DNA of 64,000 bases from Bdellovibrionales bacterium (GCA_015163875.1 JAAOIH010000004.1:11984-75983), one strand, 5' to 3'; shown: positions 36,401-46,660, numbered from the stretch's first letter. Numbers and translations: made by a program. Notes: generated by a model from the sequence alone, not told the origin.

Positions 36401-37669
36401 TTGTCTTGCTTGCCTATATTCATGTTTATTAAATTATTTAGCATATATGTAATATTTTTTACTTTTTTATCTTTTTCGTTATCTAAAAATATTGTTATCG
36501 GAGTTTATCAATCTTTTAATATACGCACCCCCAAAACTACACAAGTTAATGTACAGGGTGGAAAATACATTAGATTGCAGGATTTTACTAAATTTTTAAA
36601 AATTACTGGCAAAAAAAAAGGCGTTAGTTATATTCAGGTAAAAAATAAAAATTTTGTTGTTAATGTATTAAGTGCTAATGATTATAAAAACTATCAGCTT
36701 ATTAAAAATAAAATTAAATTTTTTTGGGGCCCAAAACTTAATATAATAAATGGAGAAATTGCAATTACCGGAAAAATTCACAGATTTAGTGATTGGTTAG
36801 ATATTTCTAAATTATCTGGTGATATTAATTATATATTTAAAGCTAAAATAGATGCAGACCTCCACATAAAAATAAAAAAATATTTAACCAAACTATGTAA
36901 AAGTAACTTTATACCATGTCCTAATATACAATTAAAACCTTATCCTAAATTAACTGCACCTAAAAAAACAAAAAAATATTTAAAACAATGGACATCTATT
37001 TTTAAAAAATTTGGATTATCTATTTTTTTTACATCATCTGTTTTAGATTTAGAACCAAATATACATATTCAAGTTTTAATTGCTGAAGTTAATAAAAATT
37101 TTCAAAAACAAATTGGTTTAAAATGGGGAAGCTCTGTGCAGGCGCAACTTTTACCATCTTTTTCTATTAATGATTCACTTCCACTGGCATTAAAAATGTT
37201 ACAAAGCTCTGGTGAGGGTCAAATTTTAGCGCAACCTAATTTGCTTGTAAAAAGTGGATCAGAGGCAAAATTTTTAGCTGGAGGCGAATTTCCTATTAAA
37301 ACCAGTGGAATAAAAAGACAGCATACTAGCTGGAAGCATTACGGGATTATATTAAAAATAAAAGCTTACAGAGGTTATAATAATAAAATTGAAAATCATT
37401 TAAGTGTAGAGATTTCTGATATTGATAATTCAAACACAGTAGACGGCATTCCATCTATAAAAAAAAGTCATATTAGTAGTATTATTAATACTACTAATAA
37501 TAACTACATTGCATTGTCTGGATTGTTAAAACATAACAGCGGACAAGACACAGACAGCTTGCCTTGGTTAAGCAAGCTTCCAGTTTTGGGTAATTTATTT
37601 AAAAGTAGTAATTTTAAAAATTCAAAAACAGAGTTAGTTATTTTTTTTAAATCCACTATTAAACAATAA
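36401..37669 (+). CDS. cpaC: CpaC/RcpA-type pilus secretin (start TTG 36401 or ATG 36422)
   Basis: Secretin core GQILAQPNLLVKSGSEAKFLAGGEFPI and LPWLSKLPVLGNLFKS. The N-terminus resembles the pilus-formation N-domain. Confidence 0.85.
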   Translation: MSCLPIFMFIKLFSIYVIFFTFLSFSLSKNIVIGVYQSFNIRTPKTTQVNVQGGKYIRLQDFTKFLKITGKKKGVSYIQVKNKNFVVNVLSANDYKNYQLIKNKIKFFWGPKLNIINGEIAITGKIHRFSDWLDISKLSGDINYIFKAKIDADLHIKIKKYLTKLCKSNFIPCPNIQLKPYPKLTAPKKTKKYLKQWTSIFKKFGLSIFFTSSVLDLEPNIHIQVLIAEVNKNFQKQIGLKWGSSVQAQLLPSFSINDSLPLALKMLQSSGEGQILAQPNLLVKSGSEAKFLAGGEFPIKTSGIKRQHTSWKHYGIILKIKAYRGYNNKIENHLSVEISDIDNSNTVDGIPSIKKSHISSIINTTNNNYIALSGLLKHNSGQDTDSLPWLSKLPVLGNLFKSSNFKNSKTELVIFFKSTIKQ

Positions 37670-37673
37670 TATT

Positions 37674-38783
37674 ATGTTAAAAATTTTTACTGCAGCAAAA
37701 AAATTAGAAGAACTTTTAAAGCAACATCAGGTTATAGACATTGCAAGTACAGACCATATTAATAATCCTCTTTACAATAAAAAAATGTTGCAAGAGATAA
37801 TACAAAAAAATTTAAGTGATTTAAATTTACAAGAACAAGAGCGTTTACTTCAAGATTTTTTAATTTATGGGCCACTACATTTACTTTTAAACAACGAAGA
37901 TGTTACAGAAATATTATGCAACGGCCATGATACTATTTATTATGAGGAGTTAGGGCAAATAAAAAAACATACTGATGTTTTTTTTTCAGAACATAACTAT
38001 CAATCTTTTGTTCAAAGAATTTTACTTGAAACAGGTCAACAAGTTAATTTAGAAAAACCTTTTACTGATGGCAAGTGGAAAAATTTTAGACTACATATAA
38101 TTCAATCTCCGCTGTCTAGTAAAAATACTTTTATTAGTTTAAGAAGAAAAGCAAAAGAGGCATGGACTTTAGAAAAATTAAAAACACTAGATAGCATAAC
38201 AGAAAAAGAACAACTTTTTTTACAAAATTTAATTAAAAGTAAAAAAAATATTTTAGTTATTGGCCCAACTAATAGCGGAAAAACTTCTTTGCTAAATGCA
38301 CTGTTACAAGAGGTAGAAAGTACAGATAGAGTTTTATGTATAGAGGACACAGATGAACTTAGTTCTCCAAATTCTTTATCTGGAAAACTATTAACCAGAA
38401 ACGATCCTCAAAAACAATTAACTAATTATAGTCAAACAGATTTACTTAAACAAAGTTTACGAATGAGACCTGACAGATTAGTGTTGGGAGAAATTAGATC
38501 TGACGAAGCAAAAGATTTTTTAATGATGCTTTCAACAGGTCACCAAGGTTGTATGGCTAGTCTGCATGCCGACCAAGCTCATCAAGCTTTATGGAGACTT
38601 GAAATGTTAATACAAATGGCAGCTCCTCAATGGAATAGTCGTAGTATTCAAAAACTAATAAGCCTTAGCTTAAACTATATTATTTTAATAAAGAAAAAAG
38701 ATAGAAAAAGACAAATTCATAGTATTCATGAAATAAAAACTTATGAAGATAGTATCGGCTTTATATTAGAAGAATTACTATAA
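37674..38783 (+). CDS. cpaF: CpaF/TadA-type secretion ATPase
   Basis: Walker A VIGPTNSGKTS, Asp box CIEDTDEL, Walker B/His box RMRPDRLVLGEIRSDEA...GHQGCMASLHA. Confidence 0.9.
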   Translation: MLKIFTAAKKLEELLKQHQVIDIASTDHINNPLYNKKMLQEIIQKNLSDLNLQEQERLLQDFLIYGPLHLLLNNEDVTEILCNGHDTIYYEELGQIKKHTDVFFSEHNYQSFVQRILLETGQQVNLEKPFTDGKWKNFRLHIIQSPLSSKNTFISLRRKAKEAWTLEKLKTLDSITEKEQLFLQNLIKSKKNILVIGPTNSGKTSLLNALLQEVESTDRVLCIEDTDELSSPNSLSGKLLTRNDPQKQLTNYSQTDLLKQSLRMRPDRLVLGEIRSDEAKDFLMMLSTGHQGCMASLHADQAHQALWRLEMLIQMAAPQWNSRSIQKLISLSLNYIILIKKKDRKRQIHSIHEIKTYEDSIGFILEELL

Positions 38784-38835
38784 AATAAGCTTGATTTTAT
38801 ATATTTCTTATTGTTAATCTGAATGAAGTTAAAAT

Positions 38836-38910
38836 TGGGATGTCGACAAGTGGTAAGTCAACAGATTTTGATTCTGTCATTCGCAGGTTCGAATCCTGCC
38901 ATCCCATCCA
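38836..38910 (+). tRNA. tRNA-Gln (anticodon UUG), CCA encoded
   Basis: Acceptor TGGGATG/CATCCCA, anticodon stem ACAGA/TCTGT with loop TTTTGAT, T-arm GCAGGTTCGAATCCTGC. Confidence 0.9.
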
Positions 38911-38946
38911 ATTTTTTTTAAATTTTTATAATTTTAGAGTAAACAC

Positions 38947-38984
38947 AAAAAAAGAAGGGGCCCCACAAATGGAGACCCCCTCTT
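38947..38984 (-). terminator. rho-independent terminator of the porin gene
   Basis: Minus-strand stem AAGAGGGGG/CCCCTTCTT (one G-U pair) followed by a T7 tract, 25 nt after the porin stop. Confidence 0.5.
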
Positions 38985-39008
38985 AAGTATAATTTTAATT
39001 TTTAAAAA

Positions 39009-40052
39009 TTAAAATTTAACATCTAATCTAACGCCAATAGACTCGCTAGGTTCTTGTTTTTCTTCTACACCAGATGCATCTTTTTGACTTTCTAATTCTT
39101 TTTTAGACCAGTATAGTTCTAAAGATGTATCTTCGTTAATTTGCTTAACTCCGTATGCCCTAAACTCTGTATGAGATTTATTAGGTACGATATCTACAGT
39201 AGCTGTTCCAGTGCTTGCGCTACTGTTATCAGCATCATAGTTGTAATAAGAAGCACCTATAACCATATCTTTTGAAAGTTTGTACTCAGATCCAACTTTA
39301 AAGCTAGAATTTTTTCCGTCAAACCTATCCATTTGATATTGTGCGCTTACATTTAATTTAGAATTAATCTTATAAACACCTCTAGCTGTAATTTTGTTTT
39401 TGCGTTTATCTGAAGAATCTTTTTCATTTTGCAATGCTAAGAAAACTGTAAGATCTTTATTAATATCTTTGCTTAATATTATGTTAATCCCCAATTCGTC
39501 GCCTACTTTGTTATCATAAGATTCAGTTTCATATAAAGATGCATCAATGCCAATTCCAGCTAATTTTTTTCTACCCTCATGAGTAAATCTAATAGCTATA
39601 ACTTGCTCTTTTTTGCTATCTTCGCCTAAAGAAGAAGATTCCATTCTAGGAACTAAAACAATATGTTGTTTACCTAAAGTAATCTCTCCTCCAGCAGCTT
39701 TAAATGTAATATAAGCTTCATCTAAAAGACGAGATAAGTCTTTAGGTTTGTTAGAAGCTACATTTGATCCATCAACAGTTAGTGATTTATTGTACCACTG
39801 ACCAGCATCTAAAGTTAACTTAGCATCAAACTTTTCTGTTTCGATGTTTAAAGATACTTGTACCTTGTTTGCATTAAGGTTGTATCCACTCCAATCAGAA
39901 GGGTCTGTTGCATCTTTATTAGCAGGACCATTTGTAGTACTGTTAACATCTACTTTGATTTTACCACTAGTTGAAATTTTAGTTTTAGCATAAGCGTTTA
40001 AGCTTGCAGAAACTAACAACATAGCAGCCGTGTATTTTATTGCTCTTTTCAT
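39009..40052 (-). CDS. outer-membrane beta-barrel porin
   Basis: Signal peptide ...SLNAYA|K, alternating amphipathic strands rich in G/Y/D/N/S/T, and a C-terminal ...VRLDVKF with terminal Phe. Confidence 0.65.
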   Translation of the reverse strand: MKRAIKYTAAMLLVSASLNAYAKTKISTSGKIKVDVNSTTNGPANKDATDPSDWSGYNLNANKVQVSLNIETEKFDAKLTLDAGQWYNKSLTVDGSNVASNKPKDLSRLLDEAYITFKAAGGEITLGKQHIVLVPRMESSSLGEDSKKEQVIAIRFTHEGRKKLAGIGIDASLYETESYDNKVGDELGINIILSKDINKDLTVFLALQNEKDSSDKRKNKITARGVYKINSKLNVSAQYQMDRFDGKNSSFKVGSEYKLSKDMVIGASYYNYDADNSSASTGTATVDIVPNKSHTEFRAYGVKQINEDTSLELYWSKKELESQKDASGVEEKQEPSESIGVRLDVKF

Positions 40053-40146
40053 CTTGTTCTCCTTGTTTTTATTCCAGCTAAACTATTTATATAGAAGCGG
40101 AATTTTAATTTTTGTTAGCTCACCCAATGGCTAACTCTAGTCAAAA

Positions 40147-40162
40147 AGCACCAAATGTGCCA
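40147..40162 (-). promoter_or_regulatory. candidate sigma-54 (-24/-12) promoter
   Basis: The minus strand reads TGGCACATTTGGTGCT against the consensus TGGCAC-N5-TTGCW, with correct GG/GC spacing. It lies ~95 nt upstream of the porin ATG. Confidence 0.3.
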
Positions 40163-40368
40163 AGCAAGCTGATGTTATTAATTATCATTAAAAATACTAA
40201 AGAATTTAGAATTTTAATAATATATAGTGTATATAGAGCTAAATATTTATTGGCAAAATAGTTTATTTTTTAAATTAATTTGCTTGATTTGAGCAATTTT
40301 TAAACATTGTGTATAACAAAAATAGTCATGATAAATATTTTACAAATATACTCTATTAGTTAAATAGA

Positions 40369-41871
40369 TTAATTAATTTTTTTTAAAAATGAGATAAAAA
40401 AATTATTAAATAGATAAAAAAGAAAGAGCCCTAATATTAATAGTAAAAAAGAATAAGCTGCTGCTTGCTCCCATCTATAAGATGACAACAAAGAATGTAT
40501 TGCCAAAGACAGAGAAACATCTTTAGGCAACAAAATTAAACTTAATGCAAAATCACCAGACCCCCACAGAGCAGATATTCCAGAGGCAAATCCTATATAT
40601 GTTAATACTTGAGGAAAAATTATTTTTTTTAAAATAAAAAAATAAGAAGCTCCTAATGTTTGAGCTAAATAAAATTGCATTTTTAAAGATTCAATCAAAG
40701 ACTCTAATTTTAAACGATAAAATATAGGCCAAAATAATATGCTTAAGGCTAAAAATAATAAAAAATATTTTATTGCCTCTAAATTATATACTTTGGATAA
40801 TATCAAATATGAAAACCCCATTAAAACTAAGCTTGGACTAATATAAAAAGTTAAAAATTTTCTAAAATAAGATTTAAAACCCAAGCTTGCTGTTAATAAA
40901 AGCAATACAAAAACTCCAAGGCCAACAAAAAAGCCTTGAATAAAAGAATAATAGTATAAATGCCAAGAAATTAAATTTAAATTATTTAATCCAGCTTTTA
41001 TAATTATAGACAAGAATCCTAAAACAATAACAGATGAAATAAAAAATGGAACTAATAAACACAAGGTGCTAGAAAAATAAAACAATCCATTAGAGTAATC
41101 TAAGCTTGTTTGTTTGTTATTAAAAAGACTATATTTTTTTTTAAAAAAATAAAAAATTATACCAAAGCATGTAAATATAAAAACTTGGACCATAGATAAA
41201 AACATTGCCTGTGACCAGCTTCCTTGTAATAAAATTTTTTCATAAATAAACACCTCCAAAGTGCGATCGATACCAGAGCTTAGTAGTAGTGGGATAGAAA
41301 AACTTGTAAAATATAATGCAAAAAAAAATAAAATAGAAATAAGTAGTTCGTATTTTAAAAGTTTTATTACCGCATACCAAAAAGAAATAAAACTGCAAGA
41401 CTCTACAAATGCTAAGTTAGCTATATTTGATATTTTTTTTTTAAATAAACTAAAAAATAAAATAGAGCATAAACCTGTATTTATAAAGACATGTGTTAGC
41501 ACAATTGCTGGCAATCCATAAAATATAACAGAAAACCAAGAGCTTATAGAAAAAAAAGACAAAGCTATAAATAAAGTTGGTATAAAATTAGGTAATAAAA
41601 AAAAAATTATTATTTTTTTTTGTAAATTAGATTTTTTTATACCAAGCAAACCTAAAGATCCTAAAAAACCTAAAAATATAGTTATAATTGTGCTAAAAAA
41701 AGACTGTTTAAAGGTAAAGGCCAAGCTATTTAAAAATTCTTGATCAAATACAAAAAAAGAAAAAAAGCTATCTAATTTAAAACTGTCAAATAGGTAAACA
41801 CTTAAAATTAAAAAGGGACTTAAAAGTAACAGATAAAGAAAAAAAGACATACTATGCACATATAACTTCAT
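40369..41871 (-). CDS. thiP: thiamine ABC transporter permease (two-module, 12 TM)
   Basis: 500-aa duplicated ABC permease directly downstream of the thiB homologue (7-nt gap). Confidence 0.7.
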   Translation of the reverse strand: MKLYVHSMSFFLYLLLLSPFLILSVYLFDSFKLDSFFSFFVFDQEFLNSLAFTFKQSFFSTIITIFLGFLGSLGLLGIKKSNLQKKIIIFFLLPNFIPTLFIALSFFSISSWFSVIFYGLPAIVLTHVFINTGLCSILFFSLFKKKISNIANLAFVESCSFISFWYAVIKLLKYELLISILFFFALYFTSFSIPLLLSSGIDRTLEVFIYEKILLQGSWSQAMFLSMVQVFIFTCFGIIFYFFKKKYSLFNNKQTSLDYSNGLFYFSSTLCLLVPFFISSVIVLGFLSIIIKAGLNNLNLISWHLYYYSFIQGFFVGLGVFVLLLLTASLGFKSYFRKFLTFYISPSLVLMGFSYLILSKVYNLEAIKYFLLFLALSILFWPIFYRLKLESLIESLKMQFYLAQTLGASYFFILKKIIFPQVLTYIGFASGISALWGSGDFALSLILLPKDVSLSLAIHSLLSSYRWEQAAAYSFLLLILGLFLFYLFNNFFISFLKKIN

Positions 41872-41878
41872 AGACTGC

Positions 41879-42943
41879 CTACTTTATGTATAAAAAATTT
41901 TGTTTCCATAATTTTAAAGAAGTTTTTATAAATTTTTTGCTTACAGAGTAATCAAGTAATTTTGGTTTAATTAACTTAGAAAAAACACTATTATCACTAA
42001 CCCCTTTAATAACTGGAAACATAAAATTTTTAAACATAATTTTTTTTTGAATTTTATTAGTTAGTAAAAATTTTAATAGTTGTTTAGATAACTTACAGTT
42101 TTTACATCTATTTGGAATGGCCATCATTTCTATTTGATAAGGGTGAGGTGTTTTAAAAATAGCCATCTTATAATTAAAGTTATTTTCTTCTATTATATGA
42201 TAAGCCACAGAGCTTAAATAAGAAAATACAATACTCTTGTGTTGTGCCTTAAATAAAGTATATGACTTAGACCATGAGTTAGAAATATGCTTAGTGCTTT
42301 TTCGTAATTGTGTTAAAAAAGATTTTGGTTTTTTTAAAGTTAAATTTATAGCTATTAATAATTGCATTCCTGGAGAACTTGTTAATGGATTTTGCAAAGC
42401 AATTTTGTTTTTTAACTCTGGATTTAATAAGTCAGAAAAAGACTGTGGAATATTTTTTAAACCTTTTTTATAAATAAACCCCATAGGAGACCAGTCATAA
42501 GGGAAAAAATATGTTCCTATCATAGGATTATTTTTTATACTTTTTTTAATAGGCAAAACCCAGTTTGCTTTTACTTGTACTTTTTTCCACTTAAATAGTG
42601 AGCTTGCCTCTATCATGGAAAATTGATCTAAACCAATAACTAAATCTACTCTGTCATTATTTAACAACTGCATTCTTCTAAGTAACATTCTAGAATCCCC
42701 TGCCCTAACCCACCTAAGCTTGCAATTACATTGTTTTTCAAATTCAGTTTTAATATATGTTCCAACTCCCCATTGGTTAATAAAGCTATTGTATGTATAA
42801 ACATATAATATTTTTTTTGGAGATGTTTTTATATTATTTGTATTATAAAAATAATTAAATTTATTAAAGTTTATAAAGAAAAAAAATATACCTAAAATAA
42901 AAATAACAAAGCCTGTTAAAAGACATTTATTTACCAAAGCCAC
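41879..42943 (-). CDS. thiB: thiamine/TPP ABC transporter substrate-binding protein
   Basis: YVYTYNSFINQWGVGTYIKTEFEKQCNCKLRWV closely parallels my recollection of E. coli TbpA ([33 protein letters not shown]). Confidence 0.8.
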   Translation of the reverse strand: MALVNKCLLTGFVIFILGIFFFFINFNKFNYFYNTNNIKTSPKKILYVYTYNSFINQWGVGTYIKTEFEKQCNCKLRWVRAGDSRMLLRRMQLLNNDRVDLVIGLDQFSMIEASSLFKWKKVQVKANWVLPIKKSIKNNPMIGTYFFPYDWSPMGFIYKKGLKNIPQSFSDLLNPELKNKIALQNPLTSSPGMQLLIAINLTLKKPKSFLTQLRKSTKHISNSWSKSYTLFKAQHKSIVFSYLSSVAYHIIEENNFNYKMAIFKTPHPYQIEMMAIPNRCKNCKLSKQLLKFLLTNKIQKKIMFKNFMFPVIKGVSDNSVFSKLIKPKLLDYSVSKKFIKTSLKLWKQNFLYIK

Positions 42944-43413
42944 CCATTATACCTTTTGTAAAAAAAATAATCTGCTCCAAGGCATCTTCCTGCTCCAATA
43001 AATCCCATAGAAATAAAGCTTAAAAGTAAAATTTGATAAAAAGGAGTAATAGATGCAACATCCATTAATAAATAAAAAATACATAAAATTATTCCAAAAA
43101 AAGAGCTAACTCTAACTAAAAAACCACTTACAAAACTAAAGCCAATAAATAATTGTATAAAAAATAATAAATAAGCAAAAAATTGCCAAGAAGGGATAAT
43201 GGCTTCGCTTATTAAATACTTAAAATTAACAGAGGCGTGCGAGCTGTTTAATAATTCATTTAAAGTTCTGGCAAGCTGAGGGGTAACTAAATAATTAGTA
43301 TTTAGTTTGTCAATGCTTTGGTTTAAAAAGTAAGAGCCTATACCGATTCTAAAAACAGCTAGTGGAAAAATATGGGCTGTGAATTTAATGCTTTCTAAAA
43401 AAGAGTATAACAT
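42931..43413 (-). CDS. DoxX-family membrane protein
   Basis: 4-TM protein with RIGIGSYFL near the N-terminus and GAGRCLGAD near the C-terminus. It overlaps thiB by 13 nt. Confidence 0.5.
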   Translation of the reverse strand: MLYSFLESIKFTAHIFPLAVFRIGIGSYFLNQSIDKLNTNYLVTPQLARTLNELLNSSHASVNFKYLISEAIIPSWQFFAYLLFFIQLFIGFSFVSGFLVRVSSFFGIILCIFYLLMDVASITPFYQILLLSFISMGFIGAGRCLGADYFFYKRYNGWLW

Positions 43414-43466
43414 AAATTATAATAGTAGTAATTGTAAAAAACTGTCAAGATAGTGGTTTAAAAGAT

Positions 43467-44114
43467 TTAATAAAGTCTAATTTCACTATAATAAGGACAG
43501 TTTTTTTTTAAAAAGCACAACTTACACTTAGGAGACCTAGCCTTACATAGTGCGCGGCCGTGTAAAATTAACCAGTGAGATAAAATAATCCAGTATTTAA
43601 TAGGTGTTATTTTTTGTAACTCTTTTTCAATCATTATTGGATTGCTAGACTTTGTCCAGCCAAAACGCAAAGCTAATCTTTTTACATGAGTGTCTACAAC
43701 TATCCCTTCTGGTTTGTTAAATATTGTTCCTAAAACTACATTTGCTGTTTTTCTTCCAACTCCTGATAGTTTTATTAAATCTTTTATATTGTCTGGAACT
43801 TTTTGATTAAAATCTTTTACTATTACTTTGCTACAACTAATAATATTTTTTGCTTTGTTATGATAAAACCCAGTTGAGTGTATTAATGTTTCAACTGATT
43901 TTAATCTTGCGTTTGCCATTGCTTTTGGAGTGGGATATTTTTTAAATAAATTAGGCGTTACCTGATTTACTCTTTTATCTGTGCATTGTGCACTTAAAAT
44001 TGTAGCAATTAATAATTGAAATGCTCCGTCGTGAATTAATGCACATTGCGCATCTGGATAATTTTTTTTTAAAGACTTAAATGTTTTATTATAGTCCATA
44101 GAAGTATTTTTCAT
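43467..44114 (-). CDS. nth: endonuclease III
   Basis: LIATILSAQCTD, HhH-GPD GVGRKTANVVL, catalytic VDTHV, and the [4Fe-4S] cluster C-x6-C-x2-C-x5-C. Confidence 0.95.
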   Translation of the reverse strand: MKNTSMDYNKTFKSLKKNYPDAQCALIHDGAFQLLIATILSAQCTDKRVNQVTPNLFKKYPTPKAMANARLKSVETLIHSTGFYHNKAKNIISCSKVIVKDFNQKVPDNIKDLIKLSGVGRKTANVVLGTIFNKPEGIVVDTHVKRLALRFGWTKSSNPIMIEKELQKITPIKYWIILSHWLILHGRALCKARSPKCKLCFLKKNCPYYSEIRLY

Positions 44115-44145
44115 AAAAATAAAAAATAATATTTAATTAAATTAT

Positions 44146-45276
44146 TTATCTTTGATCAAAAGGTTTCCAAAGTTGATTAATTTTGCCCTTCCATTGGCCT
44201 TTTGGTCGATAAATACGATTTTGCTCCCACTGTTCTAAAACATGAGCTAACCATCCAGAAACTCTAGAGGCTGCAAAAATAGGTGTAAATAAATCGCTCA
44301 AAATTCCTAGGCTGTTGTAAACAGTTGCAGAATAAAAATCTACATTTGGTAAAATATTTTTTTCTTTTTTCATTAATTCTTCTAATAAATTTGACATTTC
44401 AAATAAATTTGAGTCTCCAGATTTCTCACATAATGATTTGCTCATAGATTTTAATATTTTTGCTCTAGGATCTCCGTTTTTATATACACGGTGACCAAAG
44501 CCCATAATTTTATATTTATTTTTTAATGAATTTTGTAACCAAGGTTCTACATTTTTTGTTGAGCCAATTTCTTTTAAAGTTTTTAAAACTTCTTCATTTG
44601 CTCCGCCATGTAAGGGGCCTTTTAATGCGCCAATAGCACTAACAATGCTAGAATATATATCGCTTAAAGAAGATGCAGTAACTCTTGCTGTAAAAGTTGA
44701 GCAATTTAAACTATGGTCTGCGTGTAAAATTAAACAAGTATCAAAAACTTTTACCTGTTCATCTGTTGGCTCTTTGCCTTGAAGGCTATTTAAAAAATTC
44801 CATGCCATAGAGTACTCTTTTTGAATTGGTAATAAATCACGACCTTCTCTTATGCAATTAAGCAAAGCTACTAGTGATAACATTTTTCCAGTTAAAGAAT
44901 TTCTAATAAATAATTGATCTTCTTTTTTAGTAGACTGTGATTTTAAATCAAGCAAAGATAAAACAGAAACTGCTGTTCTTAACCATGCCATTGGGTGAAC
45001 TCCTTTTATTGGCAAAGTTTTTAATTGTAAAATCTCTTTGTCAGAAAAACTCATATTAGATAATAAATTTTGCTGTAAAGATTGAAGCTCTTCTTTGTTT
45101 GGCAATTTATTGTTCCATAGTAAAAAAATAACTTCTTCAAAAGAAGAATTTTTTGCTAAATCCTCAATGGCAAATCCTCGATAAAGTAAAGTCGCATCTA
45201 CAATTGAAGACACTGAGGTACTGCATGCCACTACTCCCTCTAGGCCCTTGTCCATTGCAGCTTCATATTTTTGCAT
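44146..45276 (-). CDS. gltA: citrate synthase (short, type I-like)
   Basis: GPLHGGANE, GFGHRVYKNGDPRA and NVDFYSA motifs. 376 aa. Confidence 0.95.
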   Translation of the reverse strand: MQKYEAAMDKGLEGVVACSTSVSSIVDATLLYRGFAIEDLAKNSSFEEVIFLLWNNKLPNKEELQSLQQNLLSNMSFSDKEILQLKTLPIKGVHPMAWLRTAVSVLSLLDLKSQSTKKEDQLFIRNSLTGKMLSLVALLNCIREGRDLLPIQKEYSMAWNFLNSLQGKEPTDEQVKVFDTCLILHADHSLNCSTFTARVTASSLSDIYSSIVSAIGALKGPLHGGANEEVLKTLKEIGSTKNVEPWLQNSLKNKYKIMGFGHRVYKNGDPRAKILKSMSKSLCEKSGDSNLFEMSNLLEELMKKEKNILPNVDFYSATVYNSLGILSDLFTPIFAASRVSGWLAHVLEQWEQNRIYRPKGQWKGKINQLWKPFDQR

Positions 45277-45331
45277 TATACGCCCCTTTATTGTATAGAT
45301 TTTTATAATTAATTTTAATAATAAAAAATGA

Positions 45332-46651
45332 TTACATTAAAGTAATCATATTGTCAGCAAACTCTGAGCACTTTACTTCTTTAACTGCGTTAACTCCGCT
45401 ACTTTTCATTAAACGAGCAAAATCATAAGTTACAGTTTTGTTATTAATTGCTCCTGCTAAAGAATTTAAAATTAAATCTGCAGCTTCGTTCCAGCCAATA
45501 TGTCTTAACATCATTTCGCCAGATAAAATAATAGAGCCTGGGTTAACCTTGTCTAATCCTGCATATTTAGGAGCAGTTCCGTGAGTTGCCTCAAAAACAG
45601 CCATTCCTGTTTTGTAATTAATATTTCCACCTGGCGCAATCCCAATTCCACCAACTTGAGCAGCCAAAGCATCAGATAAATAATCTCCATTTAAATTTAG
45701 AGTTGCAATAACATCAAAATCTTTTGGTCGAGTTAAAACTTGTTGCAACGCAATGTCTGCAATTGCATCTTTAATTAAAATTTTACCAGATGCTAAAGCT
45801 TGTTTTTGTTCTTCATTAGCTGCATCAACACCTTTTGCATCTTTTGTTTTGTCATACTGAGACCAAGTGTATGTTTTGTCTGCAAATTCACTTTCTGCCA
45901 ACTCGTAAGACCAGTTTCTAAAAGCACCTTCGGTAAATTTCATAATATTTCCCTTATGAACAATGGTTACCGATTCTCTTTTATTTTCTATGGCATAATT
46001 AATAGCAGATCTTACTAAGCGCTGGGTTCCCTCTTTAGAAACTGGTTTAATTCCAATCCCGCAAAAGTTTGTAAACCTTATTTTTTTATAAGATTCTGGA
46101 TTGTTTTCTTTTAACCAGTCTAATATTTTTTTAGACTCTGCAGTGCCTGCTTTAAATTCTACTCCTGCATAAATGTCTTCTGTATTTTCTCTAAAAATAA
46201 CCATATCAACAGCTTCTGGATTTTTAACAGGAGATGGAACTCCGGTAAAATATTTTACTGGTCGCAAACATACAAATAGATCTAAAGTTTGCCTAATAGT
46301 AACATTTAATGATCGCATTCCCTCACCAATAGGAGTAGTTAAAGGGCCTTTAATTGATATTAAATATTGTTTAAAAGCTTTAATTGTATCATCTGGAAGC
46401 CATGAATTATATTTATTAAAAGCTTTTTCGCCTGCGTAAACTTCAAACCATTGAATTTTTCTTGTTCCGTTATAGGCTTTTTTTACAGATGCATCTAAAA
46501 CTTTTTGTGCAGACTTCCAAATATCTACCCCTATTCCATCACCCTCAACAAAAGGAATAATAGGGTTTTTAGGAACATTTAATACTCCATTTTCAATAGT
46601 AATTTTTTCACCTTGAGTTGGATTTTTTAATTTTTCAAATGTTACTGACAT
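45332..46651 (-). CDS. icd: NADP-dependent isocitrate dehydrogenase
   Basis: [28 protein letters not shown] and GTAPKYAG motifs. Confidence 0.95.
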   Translation of the reverse strand: MSVTFEKLKNPTQGEKITIENGVLNVPKNPIIPFVEGDGIGVDIWKSAQKVLDASVKKAYNGTRKIQWFEVYAGEKAFNKYNSWLPDDTIKAFKQYLISIKGPLTTPIGEGMRSLNVTIRQTLDLFVCLRPVKYFTGVPSPVKNPEAVDMVIFRENTEDIYAGVEFKAGTAESKKILDWLKENNPESYKKIRFTNFCGIGIKPVSKEGTQRLVRSAINYAIENKRESVTIVHKGNIMKFTEGAFRNWSYELAESEFADKTYTWSQYDKTKDAKGVDAANEEQKQALASGKILIKDAIADIALQQVLTRPKDFDVIATLNLNGDYLSDALAAQVGGIGIAPGGNINYKTGMAVFEATHGTAPKYAGLDKVNPGSIILSGEMMLRHIGWNEAADLILNSLAGAINNKTVTYDFARLMKSSGVNAVKEVKCSEFADNMITLM

Positions 46652-46660
46652 AATTGCTCC

